DNA from: a virus | Virus record (IMG/VR): IMGVR_UViG_3300042891_002337 | Span: 1 to 64,000 of that record | Direction: 5' to 3' (one strand) | Length of the DNA: 64,000 nucleotides | Shown here: positions 19,797 through 29,576 of the stretch, piece by piece | Layout: each line of letters begins with the position of its first letter | How positions within the stretch are numbered: the stretch's first letter is position 1 | Notes under the pieces: generated by a model | What the model saw: the letters and a program-made list of their open reading frames with translations, nothing else | What the model was told of the DNA's origin: nothing | The model's database searches: none | Position numbers and translations under genes: made by a program

Positions 19797-22700
19797 CTAG
19801 CAATCCAAGTACTTCATCTTTCCGATGTTGGTTGAGATGCCCCAGTTCACCTCATGGTTGACGTTGGCCATCCAGATGGAGTAGGGTACCAGCTTATCAT
19901 TTGAATCTCCCCACACTCGTATCCAGCTGGTCTTTAGAGAGGAGTCTACAACCTTGAGCCGAAGGAAAGTCTTGCCTGTCTTTGTGGACTTCTTTTCGAT
20001 GTGAATCACACAGAACCATGCAATGTCAGAGTTTCCAGGCTCGATCTCTGAGATTGCAGGAATCTCAACCTTTCGAATCTTGCCCATAATCTCTTCGGGG
20101 AACATGATGTGGTGAGGAGCGGCACCTGAGATTTCGGCCTGAAGGGCAACCTTCTCGGTTCGTGTCCAATCCTCGATGCACTGTGTGGATTCGATGAGGG
20201 TCTCAATCACAGGTGGAGCATTGGTCTTTGCTGCCTTCTTGGCACTCATCCCCCATCGTCCCTTGCGCAGGACTCCGTAATTTCCAATGATGATCTCATG
20301 GAGCTGCTTGTGGTTGTTGACCTTGCCGGACTTGAACTCTTCAAGTGAGGTGAATGCCTCCATTCCAAGAAGGGCCTCGAAGCATCGACGGTTGAGCTTT
20401 GAGTGCTTCCAATTTCCTTCCTCATCGAAGAGGAGCTCATCCATGTTTCGGTATGGTCGATTCTCAATGATCTCATCGACTGCCGAATCACCGACACCCT
20501 TCAAGGAGGAGAGAGGTGGGACGAAAGAATCAAGCTCATCTGACCATGACCACTCCTCAGAAGAAGAGTTGATGTCAGGTGGTGAGATCTTGTAGCCCTG
20601 CTGCTTGATCTCGGACATCACCACAGCGAGGCCTTCAACATTTCGATTCTCAGTCTGAAGGCAGGTGGCAAGCCAATCCTTCTCATAGTATGTCATGAGC
20701 CAAGCACCATAGTAGGAGTCGATGGCATATGCAACAGAGTGGGACTTGTTGAAACCGTAAAGTGAGAAGAATGCGATTGTCTCAAAGAGGTCTGTGGCCT
20801 GCTTCTTTGAAAGACCGGACTTTTCAATACATCCGCTGATGAACTTCTTTTCCAGGGCCTCCTTCTCATCGGACTTCTTGCCAAGGGATGTGAGGTCCTT
20901 CTTCACCAGGGTCTTTCGCATCTTGTCAGAGTCACCAGGTGAGAATCCGGCAAGCTTCTGTGCCAGCAACATGAACTGTTCCTGGAAGACGATGAACCCG
21001 CATGTTGGGCCGAGGATCTCCTCGATGACCGGATGGTCGTACTTGATTGCGGCTCGATTCTTCTTGGCCTCGACGTACTTCTTGTGGACGTCGGCCTTCA
21101 GGGGACCAGGACGATAGATTGCCGTGATGGTGGAGAGGTCCACAATGTTCTCAGGTTGAGCTGAAATACAGAACCTCCGTGCGCCATCCGATGTGAACTG
21201 GAAGATGCCTGGCCACCGACCTGCCTGGTAGACGAACTTGAACACCTCAGGATCGTTGGGATCGACATATCGACAGTTCAGCTTATCGTCATAGAACTTC
21301 TTGACTTCCTTGAAGGTGGGCTCCTTTCCGGTCTCACGACGGAGGATTCGACGGATACAGTCCTCAACCATCTGCATTTGCTTCAGGCCAAGGAAGTCGA
21401 ACTTTAGGAAGCCGTTCTCCTCCAGGTTTCGAATGTTGACGCCTTCAGTCCATGGTGTCTGTAGTTCACCGCGAACTGTGATGAGTGGCATGTGCTTCTC
21501 AAGCTCAGGACAGACAAGGACGCCACCGGCATGACGACCAATGGATCGATTCATCATGAAGAGGGCTCGGACCTTGTCCTCGACCTGAGGGTACTTCTCC
21601 ATGAACTCACGGTACCTGGGAGAGTGCTCGAGGCAATCCTCATGCTTGAGGACGAACATGGACTTCTCCATGTTAGGATCTCGGGACTTCTCTGCAACCT
21701 CACGTTCGAGGGGACCTGTGACGGCATTCACCTCATCGAAAGGAATGCCATAGAACTTTGATACGTCCTTCACCAGGGACTTGAGCTTGAGGGTATTGAA
21801 GTTGGAGACTGGGACAACCGATTCCTCACCGAAGATCTCACGTGCTGCATCGATAAGAGCATCACGGTTTCCGACGTCAGTGTCGATGTCAGGCCAACCT
21901 GCACGGTGACGACCAAGGAATCGTTCCCAGAGGAGGTCATATCGCATTGGGTCGACGTGAGTGATTCCAAGGAGGTAGTTGACGAGGGAACCTGCGCCGG
22001 AACCACGACCGGCACCTGGAAGAGTCCGGTTCTCGGCAACCTTGAACACCTTCTGAAGTGTGAGGAAGTAGTTCTCGAAGCCAAGGTGCTTGATGTCACC
22101 AAGCTCGAACTTGGCACGTTCGACGTATTCCTTGTTGGTTGCAAGACCCTCATCAATAAGGGCAGTCTTCACAAGGCTGGTGAGTTGGCTCATTGCAGTG
22201 CTTTCAGATGTGGAGAACGAAGGAAGCTTTGCAGTGTCCTCGAACCAGATCTCCTCACACATCTGCCACGCAATGTCATGTCCACGTTCGATGGAGGAAC
22301 GAACCACATCTTCAGTCCCCTCATAGAACTTGAACTCCTTTCGTCGGAGGAGGTACTCTTCCCACATCTGGTCGGCATTCTTGGGGAAGAGTTCAGCCTT
22401 GATCTGGTCCTTCGTAGGAAGTGGCTTCGGCTCCTCACCAATCTTCATTCGACCAGGCTGAAGCTGGCGATAGATCTCACGGGCTTCCCAAAGGTCAGGA
22501 CCAGGGTAGTGAGCGTCAGAAGTGGTAAGGAGGGGAATTCCTGTTCGCTGGGACAGGTCAATCATGCACCGGTTCGTGAGGTCCTGTGCGCCGAGTCGAT
22601 TGAACTGGATCTCGAGGAAGAAGTTGTCTCGTCCAACACAGTCGGTGAATCGATCTACCATGTTCTGAAGTCGATTGTTGATTCGGTTTCGAACGGTCTC

Positions 22701-23336
22701 ATCATCAACAAGTCGAGGATCGAGCTGGTCAAACTTGAGGTCTGGGAACTCACGGTAGATAATGCCGGACGGATAGCCGCCGACGCATGCTGTGGAGACC
22801 ACCAGGCCTTCACCATGTTCCTTGAGCATGTTGAAGTCGATTCGTGGGAACTTGTAGAACCCGTCCTTGAAGGACTTCTTGACCAGAGTGAAGAGGTTGG
22901 AGAGGCCGACTCGATTCTTGGCAACCACGACAAGGTGGTACCGTCGACTGATGTTGTCGATCTGCTCGGTTCGAGTGTCGTCGGCATCCTCGACAACAAG
23001 GCCAGCCTCTTCCTCATCGTTCTCGGAGGTGCTGTCCTCTGCCGAGATACCCTTCGAAAGGTCGTAGGCCTTCTTCCATTCCTTCAGGTCGGGGACAAAG
23101 TAGAACTCCACACCGTAGAGTTGGCGGAACTTTGCACCCTTGCCCTTCAGCTTCTTGGCATGCGCGTGTGCATGAGCAAGTCCATTGCCATTTCCATGGT
23201 CTGTCAGTGACCAGGAATCGAGGCCATTCTTCAGGCAGAAGTCGATGTGCTCACGAGGTTCGGAGAGTCCATCGAAAGGAGAGAACGTCGAGTGGTTGTG
23301 GATGGAGGCGTAACGATTTGGGGGTAAAAGAATCAT
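19797..23336 (-). CDS. dnaE: DNA polymerase III alpha subunit (family C)
   Basis: PHP HNHSTFS..DG and TDHG; GRGSGAGS; PDIDTD; GRHAGG; KFDFLGL; YGFNKSH. Confidence 0.97.
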   Translation of the reverse strand: MILLPPNRYASIHNHSTFSPFDGLSEPREHIDFCLKNGLDSWSLTDHGNGNGLAHAHAHAKKLKGKGAKFRQLYGVEFYFVPDLKEWKKAYDLSKGISAEDSTSENDEEEAGLVVEDADDTRTEQIDNISRRYHLVVVAKNRVGLSNLFTLVKKSFKDGFYKFPRIDFNMLKEHGEGLVVSTACVGGYPSGIIYREFPDLKFDQLDPRLVDDETVRNRINNRLQNMVDRFTDCVGRDNFFLEIQFNRLGAQDLTNRCMIDLSQRTGIPLLTTSDAHYPGPDLWEAREIYRQLQPGRMKIGEEPKPLPTKDQIKAELFPKNADQMWEEYLLRRKEFKFYEGTEDVVRSSIERGHDIAWQMCEEIWFEDTAKLPSFSTSESTAMSQLTSLVKTALIDEGLATNKEYVERAKFELGDIKHLGFENYFLTLQKVFKVAENRTLPGAGRGSGAGSLVNYLLGITHVDPMRYDLLWERFLGRHRAGWPDIDTDVGNRDALIDAAREIFGEESVVPVSNFNTLKLKSLVKDVSKFYGIPFDEVNAVTGPLEREVAEKSRDPNMEKSMFVLKHEDCLEHSPRYREFMEKYPQVEDKVRALFMMNRSIGRHAGGVLVCPELEKHMPLITVRGELQTPWTEGVNIRNLEENGFLKFDFLGLKQMQMVEDCIRRILRRETGKEPTFKEVKKFYDDKLNCRYVDPNDPEVFKFVYQAGRWPGIFQFTSDGARRFCISAQPENIVDLSTITAIYRPGPLKADVHKKYVEAKKNRAAIKYDHPVIEEILGPTCGFIVFQEQFMLLAQKLAGFSPGDSDKMRKTLVKKDLTSLGKKSDEKEALEKKFISGCIEKSGLSKKQATDLFETIAFFSLYGFNKSHSVAYAIDSYYGAWLMTYYEKDWLATCLQTENRNVEGLAVVMSEIKQQGYKISPPDINSSSEEWSWSDELDSFVPPLSSLKGVGDSAVDEIIENRPYRNMDELLFDEEGNWKHSKLNRRCFEALLGMEAFTSLEEFKSGKVNNHKQLHEIIIGNYGVLRKGRWGMSAKKAAKTNAPPVIETLIESTQCIEDWTRTEKVALQAEISGAAPHHIMFPEEIMGKIRKVEIPAISEIEPGNSDIAWFCVIHIEKKSTKTGKTFLRLKVVDSSLKTSWIRVWGDSNDKLVPYSIWMANVNHEVNWGISTNIGKMKYLDC

Positions 23337-23401
23337 CGGGTTCCTTCCTTGACTGACCGTTTGTTGACGATCAATCTTATTAGGAAGGAACCCGATGTTC
23401 A
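23334..23401 (-). promoter_or_regulatory. dnaE promoter TGAAC-N17-TAAGAT with 16-bp inverted repeat covering RBS and ATG
   Basis: CATCGGGTTCCTTCCT (23334-23349) / AGGAAGGAACCCGATG (23382-23397). Confidence 0.8.
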
Positions 23402-23416
23402 GGATCAGGGAGAAGA

Positions 23417-23851
23417 CTACTCGATTCGTCCGTAATACGGCTCAAAGAGAGGCTTACCTGCTTCAATGGAACGCTTCAGGTAGTCACGGAGCTCATCGTA
23501 ACTAGTGGTCACCTTCACACCGGACTGTGCCAACATGAGGTTGAAGTTACCTGTGAGGCCCTGGGCAAAGTAGACGATCGGAACGTTTGCGTTGTATGCG
23601 ACGCCTGCCTCGAAGATTGTGCCCATGTCCTTGTCTCGTGTGTTGCAAAGGACGAAGTCGGCAGTTCGAATGTGATCGACATTGCCCTTGAACGTGTCCT
23701 TCTGCACATCAAGTGGTGCATTTGGTGGACAGATGAAGATCTTACGAGGGGATGCCACGTTGAGATCCAGTTCAGCCAGAAGATTCTCAAGGGCTTCTAC
23801 CTCTTCAAGAGCCTTGGGTGTGAACCAACCGGATGCGAGATACACTTTCAT
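23417..23851 (-). CDS. Nucleoside 2-deoxyribosyltransferase / dNMP N-glycosidase family
   Basis: KVYLASGWF, DMGTIFEAGVAY, FNLML. Confidence 0.88.
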   Translation of the reverse strand: MKVYLASGWFTPKALEEVEALENLLAELDLNVASPRKIFICPPNAPLDVQKDTFKGNVDHIRTADFVLCNTRDKDMGTIFEAGVAYNANVPIVYFAQGLTGNFNLMLAQSGVKVTTSYDELRDYLKRSIEAGKPLFEPYYGRIE

Positions 23852-23860
23852 TTTGACTCC

Positions 23861-24454
23861 TCAGTAATTGAGATTGATATTGTTCGATTCGATTCCAAAC
23901 TGTTCAGCACAGGAGCAGCAGGAATCAACTAGCTCCTTTGGTCCTGCAACAAACACCTGTGTTCCGATGGGAAACTCCTTCACGTTGAGCGGTGTGAAAG
24001 GAGTGTCCGGCCTACCCAGCTTCTTTGTGTTCCATTCAACGACTGTTTCAATTCCCTTCATTTCGCGAATCGATTCAATGCCAGAAGAAAGGGGATGTCC
24101 GCCACGGGTGTAGGAAACAAACCAAGTCCTCAGGTTGCGCTGTGACCTGTATTTGAGGAGGTTGTATCCCACACCCGTGGCGGTGCCGCCACAAACAATG
24201 ACGGCATCCCATGAATCATAAACAGGAAATCCCTTTCCAAGGGGTCCTGCTACATTCACTTCCGTTCCCTCCGGTAGGTCTAGAGGACCTCCGTAGCGGG
24301 TAAGCACCGAAGCAGAATTTTCATCCGAATCGGCTATAGCGAAGAATCGACCGTTGACATTGATGCACTGACCTGGTGAGGCTCCGTCACAGGGCATCTC
24401 AAACTTGACGACAATCATGTCGTCGCCTCTCAAATTTTCAATAACCTTTGCCAT
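23861..24454 (-). CDS. Ferredoxin-reductase-like FAD/NAD(P)-binding protein (PyrK-like, no 2Fe-2S tail)
   Basis: PGQ, GPLGKGF, VCGGT, VFVAGP. Confidence 0.65.
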   Translation of the reverse strand: MAKVIENLRGDDMIVVKFEMPCDGASPGQCINVNGRFFAIADSDENSASVLTRYGGPLDLPEGTEVNVAGPLGKGFPVYDSWDAVIVCGGTATGVGYNLLKYRSQRNLRTWFVSYTRGGHPLSSGIESIREMKGIETVVEWNTKKLGRPDTPFTPLNVKEFPIGTQVFVAGPKELVDSCCSCAEQFGIESNNINLNY

Positions 24455-24455
24455 A

Positions 24456-24983
24456 CTACACCCAAGCCTTCAGGAGGCCCTGCATTGTTTCTCGCATCTC
24501 GCGTTCCAGGTCCTCATCATCGACATTCACAAGCACCGTCTTGCACTTGGTCCACTTTGTGAACTTCATGTAGAGATCGTGAATCTTGGTGATGTTGTCA
24601 TTGATGTTGTCATACTCATCCTTGACGCCTGCATACGAGGATCGATGAGGAATGACGATGACAGTTCCAAGACGAGAGTGACGTTCATCAAGCTGACGAA
24701 GGAGCTCAAAGTCAGTCTGCCTTCCGAGGGCTTGGGAGTATATCCACTCGGAAGGCCAGGCACGATCGAGGATTACCGATGAGCCGGAGGACTCGAGGTA
24801 CGAGGTGAAGTAAGTGTCCACATAGCGGATCGCATTGAGAAAGTAGCTTGGGTCGCTGAGAAAGTACTTGTGCTCGTCCGTGTTCTTGAAGTACGGAATG
24901 CCAAGGCGACGACTGAGCTCCTTGGCCTGCTCGGTCTTCCCGCAGCGATCAGGACCCTCGTAGATGATGATCCGCTGTGGCAT
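24456..24983 (-). CDS. Thymidylate kinase-like dNMP kinase
   Basis: EGPDRCGKT P-loop; ILDRAWPSEWIY. Confidence 0.88.
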   Translation of the reverse strand: MPQRIIIYEGPDRCGKTEQAKELSRRLGIPYFKNTDEHKYFLSDPSYFLNAIRYVDTYFTSYLESSGSSVILDRAWPSEWIYSQALGRQTDFELLRQLDERHSRLGTVIVIPHRSSYAGVKDEYDNINDNITKIHDLYMKFTKWTKCKTVLVNVDDEDLEREMRETMQGLLKAWV

Positions 24984-25909
24984 TACTTCCCCTCGACCTT
25001 ACGGATTCGTGCCTCATACCCGATGGTCTTCCAGTCCTCGATCATCTCCTTCTCACCTGGAAAGAGGAGGTGGTCCGGAAGCTCCTGTAGCTCGAAGAAC
25101 CATGCGGACTTATCGAACTTCCAGTCAGGCTGGTTCTCAGGATTCGAGAGGGAGGGAATGTGCTTGCCTGCGGAAGGAGCACGACCGGTGTTGCCGAAGA
25201 CCTTGTCGGTATTGAGGCAGGTCTTGTTGGCGCCCATCGCCTCGAGCTTGGTGAGGAGTGTGGACCAACCGGAACCCTTCACCTTCTCAGAACCATCCTC
25301 ATTGAGGTGTGCCTTGATGAGCTCATGGCGAATGAGGCGACCAATGAGGTTGAGCTCATCGGTAAGACCGTTCTCACAACGACGGGCAAAGTAACCACGA
25401 AGAGCCATGAAGTTGACAACACAGACGAGGTTAGTCTGCTGGCCATGGAATGTCATGTAACGGCAGTCCTGAGGAGGAACACCTGCCGAAACCATCTCAT
25501 CATAAAGAGCCTGAGACTCACGAACGATACTGGCAGCACGATCACCAAACACAGGATGCTCGAAGATGTTCTTAGGAATGGTGACATTGTGCTCGATCGC
25601 TTCAGGCATCTGGGATGTGACGCAATAAGCCCAACCAACTCGACCACGAGTGAACTGTGCAAGGCCGACTCGACTGATTCCTTCCACACGAATCTGGAAG
25701 TTGAGGGCCTCCTGCGGAACAGGAAGTGCAGTACCGGCAAGGACCTCCTTGCAGGCCTCGATGTGCTTCGGATTCGTGGGATCGTACTCCTGATTGCGAA
25801 GAGAGTACCAGGTCTCACGGTACCAGTTCCAGAACATTTGGAACGGGTTCTCGATTCCAGAGTCGAGAATGGTTACCTTGATGTTGCCGAAGCCATTCGA
25901 AATGCTCAC
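24983..25909 (-). CDS. Divergent ThyX-fold flavoenzyme
   Basis: VEGISRVGLAQFTRGR..., GVPPQDCRY, TNLVCVVN...YFARR; canonical RHR and SxRY altered. Confidence 0.8.
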   Translation of the reverse strand: MSISNGFGNIKVTILDSGIENPFQMFWNWYRETWYSLRNQEYDPTNPKHIEACKEVLAGTALPVPQEALNFQIRVEGISRVGLAQFTRGRVGWAYCVTSQMPEAIEHNVTIPKNIFEHPVFGDRAASIVRESQALYDEMVSAGVPPQDCRYMTFHGQQTNLVCVVNFMALRGYFARRCENGLTDELNLIGRLIRHELIKAHLNEDGSEKVKGSGWSTLLTKLEAMGANKTCLNTDKVFGNTGRAPSAGKHIPSLSNPENQPDWKFDKSAWFFELQELPDHLLFPGEKEMIEDWKTIGYEARIRKVEGK

Positions 25910-26847
25910 TTTACCTCCAGATTGTTGACTGAGTTTAGAAAATCTTGATGTGTGTCGTAGATATCAATGTTCTTCACATTGACCAACTGTTCATTGTAAG
26001 TCTTCTGTGGAGACAGTACACGAATCCCATGCGATGCATACTCAAGGGCATGCTTTGGTGAATCGTCCATTGCAAACATGACCTTCCCCTTCAGGAAGTA
26101 ATCCTGCTGCGTCAGCCACCTGTACTTCTCAGGGCTGAATCCGATTCCATCGACCTCAAAGCCGTGACGCTCGAGCCACGCATATGTGGCGCACTCACAC
26201 ATTGGATTCTCCTGTGGGCGCGCCGTGAGGATCTGGATCCAGAATCCCCTCTTTCGCATTGCATTGAGCTCATCTCGAAGCCAGACAAGAGGTTCGAGTT
26301 CCATCATGCCGCCAGCACTGATAAAGTCCTCAAACACGTTTGTGGGATCAATTCCAGCCTGAAGGATCGCATCGGTGTTGTAGTACTCCTTGCCATGCAA
26401 GTTAGTCTTCACACCCTTCGATTCGAGCCATTCATAGAACTTTGTTCGAAAGTCTGCAACGACGTCGTCGACATCAACAATGACAACAGGTTCACCTGAC
26501 CATTTTCGGGAAAGGAGCCTGTGACGAATGTTGAGCTGGGAGTCACGAAGTTGCATGGCAGCCTCGAGGTCCTCAGAAGAGAAGTCCCATGTGTTGAGTA
26601 CTGCGGTGATGTAACGCACAACATCCACAGACTCAAACAGCATCTTGTTTCTGTTTATGAAACGATCTTCTGTGTGGTGACGAAAGTTGATGCTGTTTGT
26701 GAGTTGACCGACCTCATTGTGAAGTGAGAGGAGGAGCGTCTTTGTGAGCTCCAGCTTCTTTTCATCATCACGACCAAACTGGTCCAGCAACTCACCAAAC
26801 GAACGTTGTGCGGACAGGATTCCCTGTAGAGTCTTGAATTCCTTCAT
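25906..26847 (-). CDS. All-alpha NTP pyrophosphatase (MazG/dUTPase-like) fused to HAD 5'-nucleotidase-like domain
   Basis: N-term HNEVGQL...FESVDV; C-term VDVDDVVAD, LTARP, MDDSP. Confidence 0.75.
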   Translation of the reverse strand: MKEFKTLQGILSAQRSFGELLDQFGRDDEKKLELTKTLLLSLHNEVGQLTNSINFRHHTEDRFINRNKMLFESVDVVRYITAVLNTWDFSSEDLEAAMQLRDSQLNIRHRLLSRKWSGEPVVIVDVDDVVADFRTKFYEWLESKGVKTNLHGKEYYNTDAILQAGIDPTNVFEDFISAGGMMELEPLVWLRDELNAMRKRGFWIQILTARPQENPMCECATYAWLERHGFEVDGIGFSPEKYRWLTQQDYFLKGKVMFAMDDSPKHALEYASHGIRVLSPQKTYNEQLVNVKNIDIYDTHQDFLNSVNNLEVK

Positions 26848-26852
26848 GATTC

Positions 26853-26880
26853 ACTGTAATCCTTGAGATATGGGTTTTCA
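26853..26880 (-). promoter_or_regulatory. Promoter TGAAA-N17-TACAGT, 5 nt before ATG
   Basis: TGAAC-class variant heading the 26847-23417 operon. Confidence 0.55.
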
Positions 26881-27114
26881 ACCCCTGACAATGGAAAAGT
26901 CAGAAATAGGCTGGTTCAGGTATGAGGTGCCAGTCCCTGGTTCAATGACATCAATGACGATGCTCAGCGTGGCGGCTCTCTCACTCCAGTAGACTGTCCC
27001 CTCATGGGGACCCCTCGTAACGAGGAATATCTTGTCAGGAGGCCACCTCCAACTCTCACCAAGGACTGGTGTGTTGGAGACTATTGATCTCCTGACAAGG
27101 TCACCCCTCTTCAA
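26878..27114 (-). CDS. Small hypothetical protein
   Basis: 78 aa; MKRGDLV start typical of small phage proteins. Confidence 0.55.
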   Translation of the reverse strand: MKRGDLVRRSIVSNTPVLGESWRWPPDKIFLVTRGPHEGTVYWSERAATLSIVIDVIEPGTGTSYLNQPISDFSIVRG

Positions 27115-27308
27115 GCACGGTCGGGAATAAGGGTGTTGAAGCCTGTGGGGTAGTATCTCACCTCACTTTCGACCTGGATCGCAAAATGCTTGATGGTGGG
27201 ATGTGGCATGTTCAGATCATGTGGAGGGATTCCCTCACCAAGATAGAAACCCACAGCACAGGGATTGCCATTCTCGTTGATGACTCTTACCTTCGTTCCT
27301 CTTTCCAT
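27111..27308 (-). CDS. Small hypothetical protein
   Basis: AGGAG RBS. Confidence 0.6.
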   Translation of the reverse strand: MERGTKVRVINENGNPCAVGFYLGEGIPPHDLNMPHPTIKHFAIQVESEVRYYPTGFNTLIPDRA

Positions 27309-27316
27309 TTCTTCTC

Positions 27317-27547
27317 CTAAATCGGGTTATTCTTATACTCTTCAATAATCTCTATCATCTGCGGGACATCGTTGTCCTCACACTCCTTGTAGTTGCGACC
27401 GAGCTCTCGGTTCAACATGTCCCATATGAAAGAATACGGGTTGAGTGCTGGGAGGTCATTGATGTCCTCCATGTTCTTGATGAGGTAGTCGCCGGCCTCA
27501 CGGGCCTTCATGCGGACAATCTGGATATTACTCTCTGAGAGGGCCAT
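27317..27547 (-). CDS. Small hypothetical protein
   Basis: 76 aa, fits packing. Confidence 0.6.
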   Translation of the reverse strand: MALSESNIQIVRMKAREAGDYLIKNMEDINDLPALNPYSFIWDMLNRELGRNYKECEDNDVPQMIEIIEEYKNNPI

Positions 27548-27556
27548 AGGTTTCCA

Positions 27557-28198
27557 TTAGTTGTTTCTTTCGGTGTACCAGAGGGTACGTGCGTAATCCT
27601 GGAGGTGGTCTATTAGGCCTTCCAGGTCCTCCTTCCTTACATTTGCAGACACATTGACCATACCGTCGGCGGAGGTCACCTCGACGTGGTCGATTATGGG
27701 TTCTTCAAGCTTTATTCCACACAGCCTCTCCTCAGAAATTGGTGCAAAGTCCCAGAGGTCTACACAGACATTCACCCTTCGTCCTGTGACGATGGGGCCG
27801 GAATGACGGTGACCGTGGACCTGCATGTCGTAATCGCGAATCACAGAGTCAGGCAGGGGCTTGTGACACATTATCACACGTCTTCCGTCCTGAAGGGTGA
27901 TGGACTTGCGCTGGAACACCTCAGCGAAACCGCACTCCTTCATTGTCCTGGGTGACCTGTCATGGTTGCCGGAGATGAGGACTTTGTGGCCTCGGAGGTC
28001 CCTGATTAGGCGAGCCGCCGATGTATGGTCACCAAGGAACATGTCCCCGACGACGTACACGGTGTCACTGTCAAGTATCTTCTCGTTCCACCTCTGAACA
28101 AGCTGCTCGTTCATGTGCTTTGTGGACTCGAACGGACGCTTGCAGTACTCGATGATGTTGTGATGATTGAGGTGAAGGTCCGATGTGAACCAGTTCAT
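27557..28198 (-). CDS. Calcineurin-like metallophosphoesterase
   Basis: FTSDLHLNH, VGD, GNHD, CH.P, HGH.H. Confidence 0.92.
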   Translation of the reverse strand: MNWFTSDLHLNHHNIIEYCKRPFESTKHMNEQLVQRWNEKILDSDTVYVVGDMFLGDHTSAARLIRDLRGHKVLISGNHDRSPRTMKECGFAEVFQRKSITLQDGRRVIMCHKPLPDSVIRDYDMQVHGHRHSGPIVTGRRVNVCVDLWDFAPISEERLCGIKLEEPIIDHVEVTSADGMVNVSANVRKEDLEGLIDHLQDYARTLWYTERNN

Positions 28199-29245
28199 TC
28201 AGGCTCCGAAAATTCTCCGGACCCGCTCACCCTGTGTGAGGTTGAGCTGAAGCATCTTTGCCTCCTGCTCTGGTGTGATGTCCTTCTTCATCTTCCTGGC
28301 AACGTTGTCTTCCATTCCGTCGACAAAGTTCCTGAGGATGGTGCCCAGCATTTCCTGAGCGTCGACATCACCTGCCCTCTCCATAGACCTCGCAAGTCCT
28401 ACAATACCATAAGCAAGGTCGCTAATGTTTACATTGTCTGGATCAAGCCCTGGGTATTGTAGGAGAAGTGGATCGGGTTCATATGCGCCCTCGATCACGT
28501 AGTCAGCGATGTCCTTGAAGAAGTTACGAAAGTCAGTTGAGATCGACCTGTACGTGATTCCTGCCCTGAGTGTGGAGGGAACACGCTGTCCGTCCTTGAG
28601 ACGAGCGAGCACACCTTCAGTCCCGATGGTGAGGACCAGGTAGTCTCCGAGGGCCTTGTAGAGGTTTCCTGTGACGTAGCCCTTGATGCCGCGCTCAGGT
28701 GTATACCTTCCCTTCATCCACTCAGAATACTTCGGGTGTGTTACAACAGTGTCGACCTGCGCAAGGCCACCTGATGGCACCTTGACGATTATCATGAGGG
28801 GATGACCACCAACCGTGAGGTCAACATCTACCTCTGGGGGTCGAACCTGTGTGAGGTACTCAACGAGGAGGTCGGTGTACTTCTTCACCGTTACTGCCTC
28901 CTCCTTTCGCATCATTGTGGGATCGTCGGATGTGTAATCGACTGGGAACGAGACGAGGAAGTCAATGTCACCGTAGGTTGCACCAGGACGATCGACGATA
29001 TCCTTCTCGGCATGTGTGGATGAGCCTGTTGGTCGAATTGGGTCCAGCGGCTGCATTCCCATCCCTGAGAGCCAGTCATTAAAGTCTCTGATGAAGTTCC
29101 TGTAGACTTCTGAGGCCTCCCTCACAAGGGCAGGTGTGAGGTCTCTCCTGTGCTGTGGAGGAAGCTTCAGCCCACCTTCATTAAGGAACCTTCTCACAAT
29201 TGACCTGATCAGTTGCTGGTTCCTCTGTGATTCTCTCAGTGCCAT
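28199..29245 (-). CDS. Pol-beta superfamily nucleotidyltransferase-like protein with late leader
   Basis: PTGSS...YGDIDFLV...AQVD; late box CTAATTA at 29269-29275. Confidence 0.65.
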   Translation of the reverse strand: MALRESQRNQQLIRSIVRRFLNEGGLKLPPQHRRDLTPALVREASEVYRNFIRDFNDWLSGMGMQPLDPIRPTGSSTHAEKDIVDRPGATYGDIDFLVSFPVDYTSDDPTMMRKEEAVTVKKYTDLLVEYLTQVRPPEVDVDLTVGGHPLMIIVKVPSGGLAQVDTVVTHPKYSEWMKGRYTPERGIKGYVTGNLYKALGDYLVLTIGTEGVLARLKDGQRVPSTLRAGITYRSISTDFRNFFKDIADYVIEGAYEPDPLLLQYPGLDPDNVNISDLAYGIVGLARSMERAGDVDAQEMLGTILRNFVDGMEDNVARKMKKDITPEQEAKMLQLNLTQGERVRRIFGA

Positions 29246-29327
29246 CTTCTCAGTTCACTCTGTAGAGGTAATTAGGTCACTGAAACTTTTAAATTTTTAA
29301 GGGAAGATGACGGTCATGTAAACAGTG

Positions 29328-29576
29328 TCATGCATGCCTGAGGTCAAACCCACCCCACAGCCATTCTCTTCCTGAGCAGACAACGTGAAGTTTCTCATCT
29401 TCGGACTCTTGTATTATGAGTGCGAGGTCACTTCTTCCTTCTGTTTCAAGCAGCTCTTTGACCTTGAGACTGACAGGGGATCTAATTGATTCTATCGATC
29501 CATACTCAGATTCTGCTGCCTTGATGCAGGAAACAATAGAATTCATCTTACGTCCTAATATGTCTTCGACAGCCAT
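29328..29576 (-). CDS. Small hypothetical protein
   Basis: ATG at 29576. Confidence 0.5.
   Translation of the reverse strand: MAVEDILGRKMNSIVSCIKAAESEYGSIESIRSPVSLKVKELLETEGRSDLALIIQESEDEKLHVVCSGREWLWGGFDLRHA

Noticed and set aside
21906-23210. 434-aa plus-strand ORF
   Set aside because: Antisense shadow of dnaE caused by codon bias; no motifs or RBS.
29281-29300. AT-rich patch as replication origin
   Set aside because: Too short and no iterons; insufficient evidence.
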